DNA from: Ignavibacteriales bacterium
Lineage (GTDB): Bacteria > Bacteroidota > Ignavibacteria > UBA10030 > F1-140-MAGs086
Direction of reading: 5' to 3'
Length of the DNA stretch: 24,000 nucleotides
Assembly: GCA_018335975.1 (NCBI GenBank)
Contig: JAGXRH010000001.1
Coordinates: forward strand, 6,215-30,214
This document shows, piece by piece, positions 17,184-24,000 of the stretch. Every line of letters starts with the position of its first letter. Position 1 is the stretch's first letter. Under the pieces are notes generated by a model, which saw nothing but the letters and a program-made list of their open reading frames with translations, had not been told where the DNA came from and ran no database searches. Made by a program: the position numbers and the translations under genes.

Positions 17184-17242
17184 GCCACGAATTTCACGAA
17201 TTTTCACTAATGTGGTTTGTGCTAATTCGTGAAATTAGTGGC
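17184..17242. repeat. Imperfect inverted repeat in intergenic gap before nuoH
   Basis: GCCACGAATTTCACGAATT (17184-17202) versus AATTCGTGAAATTAGTGGC (17224-17242): 18 of 19 bases complementary. Confidence 0.8.
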
Positions 17243-17259
17243 AACAAAAAATAAAAATT

Positions 17260-18294
17260 ATGTTTGAACTTTTCATCATCAGCACCATCAAAATCGTCGT
17301 AATGTTAATCGTATTATTAACCACTGCGGCGTATATGGTTTTAGCGGAACGACGAATCAGCGCGGCTGTGCAAGATAGAATCGGTCCCAATCGCGTTGGA
17401 TGGCAAGGGTTTTTGCAGCCGCTCGCCGATTTAGTAAAACTTGTTACGAAAGAAGACATTGTTCCGAAAGCGGCGAACAGATTTATTCACGACCTCGCGC
17501 CGATTATTTCCGTGTTCATTGCGCTTACAACATTTGCTGTTGTTCCGTTCGGAAATACGATTGAACTTTTCGGAAGAACAATCAAATTGCAAATCGCCGA
17601 CGTGAACATAGGCATTCTCTACATTCTTGCGCTCGCTTCGGTTGGCGTGTACGGAATTACGCTCGCCGGTTGGTCATCGAACAATAAATATTCGCTGCTC
17701 GGCGGAATGCGTTCATCTGCGCAAATGATTTCCTACGAACTTTCGATGGGACTTTCGATCATCGGCGTGGTGATGATTTCTTCTTCGCTGCAACTCGATA
17801 AAATTGTCGAAGCGCAAACCGGTTACGTTCTCGGTTTTCTTCCGAAATGGAATATCGTTTTACAACCGATTGGTTTCATTACGTTTCTTGTTTCGTCTTT
17901 TGCGGAAACAAATCGCACGCCATTTGATTTGCCCGAAGCGGAACCGGAACTCGTCGGCGGTTATCACACGGAATATTCGGGATTGAAATTCGGTTTATTT
18001 TTTCTCGCGGAGTATTGTAATATGGTTGTCGCAAGCGCAGTGATTACAACGCTGTATCTCGGCGGTTGGCAATTTCCGTACGTTGAATCATTTGGATTTT
18101 CTCCGTTCGTTGTAAGTTTATTGCAAGTCGGAGCGTTTGCGATAAAAGTTGGAGCGCTTTTATTTTTCTTCATTCTCGTTCGCTGGACTGTTCCGCGTTT
18201 TCGTTACGACCAACTGATGAATCTCGGATGGAAAGTTATGCTCCCGCTTGCGTTGGCAAATATTGTGGTTACGGGAATATTTTTGTTGATGTGA
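17260..18294 (+). CDS. nuoH: NADH-quinone oxidoreductase subunit H
   Basis: AERRISAAVQDRIGPNRVGWQGFLQPLADLVKLVTKEDIVP...LGGMRSSAQMISYELSMGLS...FAETNRTPFDLPEAEPELVGGYHTEYSGLKFGLFFLAEY...RWTVPRFRYDQLMNLGWK. Confidence 0.97.
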   Translation: MFELFIISTIKIVVMLIVLLTTAAYMVLAERRISAAVQDRIGPNRVGWQGFLQPLADLVKLVTKEDIVPKAANRFIHDLAPIISVFIALTTFAVVPFGNTIELFGRTIKLQIADVNIGILYILALASVGVYGITLAGWSSNNKYSLLGGMRSSAQMISYELSMGLSIIGVVMISSSLQLDKIVEAQTGYVLGFLPKWNIVLQPIGFITFLVSSFAETNRTPFDLPEAEPELVGGYHTEYSGLKFGLFFLAEYCNMVVASAVITTLYLGGWQFPYVESFGFSPFVVSLLQVGAFAIKVGALLFFFILVRWTVPRFRYDQLMNLGWKVMLPLALANIVVTGIFLLM

Positions 18295-18391
18295 GGGAAG
18301 AAATTTTAGATTTTAGAATTCAGATTTTAGATTGAACGTTTCGCAAAGAGAATAAACTCGAACCTTGTAACTCTAAACCTCAAACTTTTTT

Positions 18392-18619
18392 ATGAACACA
18401 CAACCAATTTCTTTTTCAGATATTTTGCAATTAAGCGTTTCCGAACGCATTCAACTTGTCGAAGATATTTGGGATAGTCTTCGAGAAGTTCCGGATGAAT
18501 TTGGATTAAGTGATGCTCAGCGAAAAGAACTTGCGCGAAGAGCGGAAGAATTTTATAAAAATCCCAACGAAGGAATTCCTTGGAAAACGTTGAAAGCCAA
18601 TCTTCTCAATAGCAAGTGA
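18392..18619 (+). CDS. Addiction-module component (TIGR02574-like antitoxin)
   Basis: ILQLSVSERIQLVEDIWDSLREVPDEFGLSDAQRKELARRAEEFYKNPNEGIPWKTLKANLL. Confidence 0.88.
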   Translation: MNTQPISFSDILQLSVSERIQLVEDIWDSLREVPDEFGLSDAQRKELARRAEEFYKNPNEGIPWKTLKANLLNSK

Positions 18620-18912
18620 AGTTAGAGAGTTTAATACGCTCTGATGCACAACGAGAAATTACAGAAACATTTCAGTGGTATGAAAATCAGAGTAACGGTC
18701 TCGGTACAGAATTCCTCCGTGCTGTTGATGCTGCAATTGCTTCGATTGAACGATTTCCTAAAGCATTTCCAAAAGTTGAAGGTGAAACAAGAAAAATTTT
18801 GTTACGAAGATTTCCTTACGCTATTTTTTATATTGTTCACCTGGATATAATTGCAATAACCGGATGTTATCATCAAAAACGCCATCCGGAAATTTGGCGA
18901 AACAAATCGTAG
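18616..18912 (+). CDS. RelE/ParE family toxin
   Basis: DAQREITETFQWYENQSNGLGTEFLRAVDAAIASIERFPKAFPKVEGETRKILLRRFPYAIFYIVHLDIIAITGCYHQKRHPEIW; GTGA overlap with the antitoxin. Confidence 0.92.
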   Translation: MKLESLIRSDAQREITETFQWYENQSNGLGTEFLRAVDAAIASIERFPKAFPKVEGETRKILLRRFPYAIFYIVHLDIIAITGCYHQKRHPEIWRNKS

Positions 18913-18936
18913 CGACAAATAACGAATAACTCTTTT

Positions 18937-19452
18937 ATGAAAGACAACGGACAAACAACAAAACAAGTTCGCAACGAAAACCTATCGTTTTTGCAGCGAA
19001 CATATATTCCCGAAATTGCAAAGGGATTAGTTCTCACGTTTGGAAAAATGTTTGGGAAAAAATTCACTCGGCAATATCCCGAAGAACGATGGACTCCTCC
19101 GGCATCATTTCGCGGAAGACCGGTTCTCGTGCAAGAAGAAAACGGAACAGAACGCTGCGTTGCGTGTGGATTGTGCGCGCGCGTTTGTCCCGCATTAGCA
19201 ATTGAAATGCAAGCGAGCGAAACACCGCTCTACGATAAAGAACGTTATCCCGTAAAATTTGAAATCAATATGCTTCGCTGCATCTTCTGTGGATTTTGCG
19301 AAGAAGCGTGTCCCGAAGAAGCAATCGTTATGAGTGATGAGTACGAACTTGTGTTCGATAAAATGGAAGATGCAGTTTTCGGAAAAGATAAACTCCTCAT
19401 CCCGAAAAAGAAATTACAAAAGCGTTTGGATTTTTTGCGCGAATATAAATGA
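18937..19452 (+). CDS. nuoI: NADH-quinone oxidoreductase subunit I (8Fe-8S ferredoxin)
   Basis: [19 protein letters not shown] and [24 protein letters not shown] double 4Fe-4S motifs; [17 protein letters not shown]-terminus. Confidence 0.95.
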   Translation: MKDNGQTTKQVRNENLSFLQRTYIPEIAKGLVLTFGKMFGKKFTRQYPEERWTPPASFRGRPVLVQEENGTERCVACGLCARVCPALAIEMQASETPLYDKERYPVKFEINMLRCIFCGFCEEACPEEAIVMSDEYELVFDKMEDAVFGKDKLLIPKKKLQKRLDFLREYK

Positions 19453-19778
19453 AACTCCCGATTGATGTAACAATTTCAAAAGAGAAACTTACCAATTATC
19501 TTTTGGAATTGAGAATCGAAGATGACAAATCAAAATTTCTTTTACAAGCGGGATATGAAATAGAACTTTGGAAACAATTAGAAGAAGATTTGCGAACGCA
19601 AATATTGACACAAGAAGCAACATTGATTGAACAAACTACTTTCGGAGATGTGTATGAAATACTTGGAACTCTGCAAGGACTGAATGGACGAAAACTCAAC
19701 GTTGTAACTATTTGGATGACAGAATACAAAACTCAGAAAACAAAATTTATCACACTCTTTCCCGATAAGGAAAAATGA
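19449..19778 (+). CDS. DUF6883-like protein (first copy)
   Basis: [52 protein letters not shown]...[24 protein letters not shown]; ATGA overlap with nuoI stop. Confidence 0.65.
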   Translation: MKLPIDVTISKEKLTNYLLELRIEDDKSKFLLQAGYEIELWKQLEEDLRTQILTQEATLIEQTTFGDVYEILGTLQGLNGRKLNVVTIWMTEYKTQKTKFITLFPDKEK

Positions 19779-20023
19779 AAATGAATTATAACCTTTTTAC
19801 CCGTGTTGCACTTCGAGAAGATTTATTGCGATACAATCTTCAACGAGGAGACATTGCGACCATCGTAGATAAGCACGTAGGAAATAATAATGAAATTGGC
19901 TATTCTCTTGAAGTCTTTAATGCACTTGGCGAAACGATTTCTGTTGTCGTAGTTTCCGAAAATCAAATTGAACCGCTGATGAAAAATGAAATTCTTCATG
20001 TTCGCCAATTAGAAGTCGCATAA
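19775..20023 (+). CDS. DUF4926-like protein (first copy)
   Basis: LFTRVALREDLLRYNLQRGDIATIVDKHVGNNNEIGYSLEVFNALGETISVVVVSENQIEPL; ATGA overlap with the upstream ORF. Confidence 0.7.
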   Translation: MKMNYNLFTRVALREDLLRYNLQRGDIATIVDKHVGNNNEIGYSLEVFNALGETISVVVVSENQIEPLMKNEILHVRQLEVA

Positions 20024-20040
20024 ATCTTCTTTAAAGTTAT

Positions 20041-21390
20041 ATGAAAATTTTTCTTTACACATTCTTACTTTTTTTCGGAACAATGACCAACTCCATTTCC
20101 CAACTCAACATTCCTTTTGAAAAATATGAACTTGCAAACGGCTTGCAAGTTATTCTGCACGAAGACCACACGGTACCGATTGTGTCGGTAAATATTTATT
20201 ATCACGTTGGCGGCGCGAATGAAAAACTTGGACGAACCGGTTTCGCGCACCTCTTCGAGCATCTGATGTTTGAAGGAAGCGAGCACGTGAAAGACGGAAT
20301 GTATGACCAAATCGTTGATGGTTCCGGCGGACAAAACAATGGTTCGACTGGATTCGATGCAACAAATTATTGGTCAATCGTTCCGGCAAATTATCTTGAA
20401 TCTGTTCTCTGGCTCGAGTCCGATAGAATGGGATTTCTGCTTCCGGGAATTACGCAAGATAGATTAGATTTACAGCGCGACGTTGTAAAAAACGAACGCA
20501 GACAATCGTACGAAAATCAGCCGTATGGAATGTCGTGGATGAAAATTTTTGAATCGCTCTATCCAGCGGGCGTTCCGTACAATTGGCTTCCGATTGGTTC
20601 GCAAGAAGATTTAACTGCCGCTTCGCTCGATGACGTAAAAGATTTTTTCAGAATTTATTATGCGCCGAATAACGCAAGTCTCGTTATCGGCGGCGATATT
20701 GATGTTCTGAAAACAAAACAACTCGTAGAAAAATATTTCGGTGGAATTGCAAAAGGAAAAGAAATTCAGCGACCAAATCCAACGAATGTTTCGATTAAAG
20801 AAACAAAGCGAATGGTGCTCGAAGATAATGTTCAACTTCCGCGATTATATATGTTTTGGCTTTCCACTTCAATGTTTGGAAAAGAAGACGCGTCGCTTTC
20901 GCTGCTTTCCGATATTCTGACGGGAGGAAAAAATTCTCGTCTGTACAAATCGCTTGTGTATGAAAAACAAATTGCGCAAGATGTTTCTGCGTTTCAAGAT
21001 GGCAATGCGCTTTCGGGAGATTTCGGAATTATTGTAACGGCAAAAGAAGGACACACGCTTTCCGAAATGGAACAAGCAGTGAACGAAGAACTGGAAAAAA
21101 TAAAATCGAACGGAATTGAAGAACGCGAGTTGCAGCGTTCAAAAAATAGTATTCGTGCGAATTTTATTTACGGATTGCAAAACGTTGGCGGGTTCGGAAG
21201 CAAGACAGACCAGATGAATCGCTACAATACATTCTTCGGAAATCCCGGACGCTTCAACGAAGATTTGCAACGCTACGAAACTGCGTCTGCAAACGATATT
21301 CAAAACGCAGCAAAGAATTTTCTCGATATGAATAAACGTGTTGTGTTGAGCATTGTTCCAAAGGGAAAATTGGAGTTGCAAGCGAAGTAA
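20041..21390 (+). CDS. M16 family zinc metallopeptidase, catalytic-type subunit
   Basis: LANGLQVILHEDHTVPIVSVNIYYHVGGANEKLGRTGFAHLFEHLMFEGSEHV with intact HxxEH. Confidence 0.95.
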   Translation: MKIFLYTFLLFFGTMTNSISQLNIPFEKYELANGLQVILHEDHTVPIVSVNIYYHVGGANEKLGRTGFAHLFEHLMFEGSEHVKDGMYDQIVDGSGGQNNGSTGFDATNYWSIVPANYLESVLWLESDRMGFLLPGITQDRLDLQRDVVKNERRQSYENQPYGMSWMKIFESLYPAGVPYNWLPIGSQEDLTAASLDDVKDFFRIYYAPNNASLVIGGDIDVLKTKQLVEKYFGGIAKGKEIQRPNPTNVSIKETKRMVLEDNVQLPRLYMFWLSTSMFGKEDASLSLLSDILTGGKNSRLYKSLVYEKQIAQDVSAFQDGNALSGDFGIIVTAKEGHTLSEMEQAVNEELEKIKSNGIEERELQRSKNSIRANFIYGLQNVGGFGSKTDQMNRYNTFFGNPGRFNEDLQRYETASANDIQNAAKNFLDMNKRVVLSIVPKGKLELQAK

Positions 21391-21420
21391 TTTTCTTTTT
21401 TTCATTTAAAGGAATTTATT

Positions 21421-21768
21421 TTGAAATTACCTAATGGCGAACAAGCAATAATTCCCGAAGCAAAACTCGAGGAATATTGTTTAAATCCGCTTCACCCGGA
21501 CGGAAAACATAAAGCGAAAGTTTTTGAAAAAGCGTTGGGATTTTCAATTTCGGAAAGCGATGAATTGAGAAAATTAGTTTTAGAATCTGCCGAGATGGGA
21601 AACGTAACAAAACAATCAAAGAATAATTTTGGAACTCTTTACCGCGTTGAACATACTGTGCAAGGATTGTTACAAGAAGAAATTCTTGTAACATTATGGA
21701 TTATTCCAAATATAGAAACACAACCATACTTAACTACTTCATACATCAAAACTCGAAAGGGTAAATAA
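21421..21768 (+). CDS. DUF6883-like protein (second copy)
   Basis: MKLPNGEQAIIPEAKLEEYCLNPLHPDGKHKAKVFEKALGFSISESDELRKLVLESAE...GTLYRVEHTVQGLLQEEILVTLWII; TTG start. Confidence 0.75.
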   Translation: MKLPNGEQAIIPEAKLEEYCLNPLHPDGKHKAKVFEKALGFSISESDELRKLVLESAEMGNVTKQSKNNFGTLYRVEHTVQGLLQEEILVTLWIIPNIETQPYLTTSYIKTRKGK

Positions 21769-21989
21769 TGATTCACCTCCATGATTTTGTCGCACTTTTA
21801 GACAATATTCCTAACACAACCATTATTAGAGGAACGACGGGAACGGTTGTTTCTCAACTTTCTGATAATTTTTTTCTTGTTGAATTTTCAGATGAGAACG
21901 GAGAAGTGTTTGAACAACTTCCTATTCAACAAGATAGTTTGCTGGTGTTACATCGCATCAGCGAAAACGCAGAATTTGCAAATCCGTAA
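21768..21989 (+). CDS. DUF4926-like protein (second copy)
   Basis: IHLHDFVALLDNIPNTTIIRGTTGTVVSQLSDNFFLVEFSDENGEVFEQLPIQQDSLLVLH. Confidence 0.8.
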   Translation: MIHLHDFVALLDNIPNTTIIRGTTGTVVSQLSDNFFLVEFSDENGEVFEQLPIQQDSLLVLHRISENAEFANP

Positions 21990-22015
21990 TTGTTTTCCAT
22001 TGACTCAACGATACG

Positions 22016-23440
22016 ATGAAAATAATTTTTATACATACACTCATAATTTTACTAATGATAACCAACTCATTCACACAGTTCGATAGAACTATTCCACCGA
22101 AACCGGGAACATTGCCATCACTTACTCTTCCAAACATTCAACGCGCTGAACTTGCAAACGGATTAAAGATAATGATTGTCGAACATCATAAACTTCCCGT
22201 TGTAACAGTGCAACTTATTTTACAAAGCGGCTCATCGCTTGACCCAGCTGGAAAATCCGGTGTTGCGCGATTTACAACTTCGATGATTGATGAAGGAACG
22301 CCAACAAAAAATTCACTTGAGATTGCTGATGCGTTTGATTTTCTCGGTGCGCAGTTTTCGGCTTCTGCCAATTTTGATGGAACGTATCTTTCGCTGACAA
22401 CATTGAAAGAACATCTCGATGTAGCAGTTGAAAATTATGCCGAAGTTCTGCTCCATCCGACATTTCCACAAAAAGAATTTGACCGCTTACAGAAAGAACT
22501 TCTCACTTCGCTTTCACAACAAAAAGACCGCGCTCCCGTTGTTGCCTCGAATGTCTTCAACAAAATACTGTATAACAATCATCCGTACGGAAATCAAGTA
22601 AGCGGAGATTCCATCAGTGTTGCAAATCTTTCTTTGAACGATGTTCAACAATTTTATAATTCGTACTATGCGTCAAATAACGGAACTTTAATTTTCGTTG
22701 GCGATATTACAAAAGAGGAAGCGATAAAGATTGCCGAAAAATATCTCGGCAAGTGGCAGAAGAAAAATATTCCTTCTGCAAAACTTCCCGAATCGAAAAA
22801 CCCTGATGGCGTTACTCTGTATCTTATTGATAAAAAAGATGCACCGCAAACAGAAATTCGCATTGGTCAACTTGGCGCGGCGAGAAATACGGAAGATTAT
22901 TATACGCTCACCGTGTTGCAACACATTCTTGGAAGTTCGAGCGGAAGATTATTTTTGAATTTACGCGAAGCGAAAGGTTACACGTATGGCGCGTATGCAA
23001 ACTTTGGTTACAGAAAATCTACAGGACCATTTGTCGCAAGCGCGGGAGTAAAAACCGAAGTTACCGATAGTTCCATCATAGAATTTCTCTATGAATTAAA
23101 TCGTATGCGCGATGAAGTTGTTTCCGATTCGGAATTTCAAATGTATAAGACTGCGGTGATTCAACGTCTTCCGCGAGGATTTGAAACACCGTCACAAATT
23201 TCTGAGCAACTCGCAAACCTCGTTTTGTATAATTTACCGGATAATTATTTCAATTCGGTCGTTGATAATTTAAGCAAGGTAACGCAAAATGATATTCAAT
23301 CTGCCGCACAAAAATATTTTCAAACGGAAAAACTTTGCATCGTTGTTGTCGGCGATAAAGAAAAAATCCTTTCACCGTTAGAAAAACTTGGTATTGGAAA
23401 AATCGTTTTGTGCGATACAGACGGAAATGTTATAAAATAG
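22016..23440 (+). CDS. M16 family peptidase-like protein, non-catalytic subunit
   Basis: LANGLKIMIVEHHKLPVVTVQLILQSGSSLDPAGKSGVARFTTSMIDEGT, with no HxxEH; retains the GYTYGAYANFGYRKSTGPF C-terminal Arg/Tyr region. Confidence 0.93.
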   Translation: MKIIFIHTLIILLMITNSFTQFDRTIPPKPGTLPSLTLPNIQRAELANGLKIMIVEHHKLPVVTVQLILQSGSSLDPAGKSGVARFTTSMIDEGTPTKNSLEIADAFDFLGAQFSASANFDGTYLSLTTLKEHLDVAVENYAEVLLHPTFPQKEFDRLQKELLTSLSQQKDRAPVVASNVFNKILYNNHPYGNQVSGDSISVANLSLNDVQQFYNSYYASNNGTLIFVGDITKEEAIKIAEKYLGKWQKKNIPSAKLPESKNPDGVTLYLIDKKDAPQTEIRIGQLGAARNTEDYYTLTVLQHILGSSSGRLFLNLREAKGYTYGAYANFGYRKSTGPFVASAGVKTEVTDSSIIEFLYELNRMRDEVVSDSEFQMYKTAVIQRLPRGFETPSQISEQLANLVLYNLPDNYFNSVVDNLSKVTQNDIQSAAQKYFQTEKLCIVVVGDKEKILSPLEKLGIGKIVLCDTDGNVIK

Positions 23441-23487
23441 AAGTAAGAAGCCAGTAGTCAGAATCCAGAATTTTTTAGGAAAACAAA

Positions 23488-24000
23488 ATGAAACACACCC
23501 TTATATTTTTAACAGTTATTTTTTTCACATCAACTTTTCTTTTTTCAGAAGAAAATAAACCCCGCACTTCAATGCGCGGGAAAATTGAAGATGCATACAA
23601 AAGCGGAAAACTTTCGCACGACGAGTATGTTCTCAATCTTCTGTTCAACATTGTTGATAGAACAAAACTCGATAAAGAGTTTCAGGAAGAAATTCCCGGC
23701 ATTGAAAAATGTGGAACGTCAACATTTCTAAAACTGCGTGAAGAAAATAAAACAGCGTCATCATTTGTGCAAAACGAAATTAACAAAGTAGTTGCTCGAC
23801 CAACGAAGCAAAAATACCTCGACTCGCCCAAAGGGTATTTTCGGATTCACTTTGATACCAGCGGAACGCATGCCGTCTATTTACCGAGCATAGATACACT
23901 ACCGCAAAATGGAATTCCTGATTATGTTGACCGAACATCGGAAATATTCGACCGTGTATGGGAGTATGAAATTGACACACTCGGTTACGACCCGCCCGCC
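23488..24000 (+). CDS. Secreted protein, N-terminal part of a possible metalloprotease-like surface protein, 3' truncated by window
   Basis: ATG at 23488 and open frame to the end: MKHTLIFLTVIFFTSTFLFSEENKPRTSMRGKIEDAYKSGKLSHDEYVLNLL...KKYLDSPKGYFRIHFDTSGTHAVYLPSIDTLPQNGIPDYVDRTSEIFDRVWEYEIDTLGYDPPA. Absent from the ORF track because it has no stop. Confidence 0.75.
   Translation, partial: MKHTLIFLTVIFFTSTFLFSEENKPRTSMRGKIEDAYKSGKLSHDEYVLNLLFNIVDRTKLDKEFQEEIPGIEKCGTSTFLKLREENKTASSFVQNEINKVVARPTKQKYLDSPKGYFRIHFDTSGTHAVYLPSIDTLPQNGIPDYVDRTSEIFDRVWEYEIDTLGYDPPA

Overview
This 24 kb window looks like a chromosomal segment from the Bacteroidota/Chlorobi/Ignavibacteria side of bacteria. The taxon is inferred from the T9SS-type 'NFPNPFNP...GLV..YKL' C-terminal sorting tails. 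Left third: a truncated VCBS/FG-GAP + InlB-like repeat T9SS protein, a RelE/ParE-like toxin pair, a block of REP-like palindromes, and a parallel-beta-helix protein whose T9SS tail is broken. Next comes a purine/molybdopterin block: 5-hydroxyisourate hydrolase, XdhC, MoaD, MoaE. It is followed by a DUF1059-like Met/Lys-rich secreted protein, then a sulfite-oxidase-fold molybdoenzyme, a small Cys-rich lipoprotein and a cytochrome b. A 908-aa SBBP-like T9SS protein lies on the minus strand. From about 12 to 22 kb, all on the plus strand, NuoG/NuoH/NuoI genes and three M16 peptidase genes are interleaved with seven small, mostly two-gene cassettes: RelE-like TA pairs, two DUF4160-DUF2442 pairs, a nuclease-like/DUF2283 pair, and two DUF6883-DUF4926 pairs. 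The cassettes sit exactly at gene boundaries, often with 4-nt start/stop overlaps. This cassette-riddled respiratory/peptidase operon is the most interesting structure here. No CRISPR array, rRNA, tRNA or transposase was recognised.
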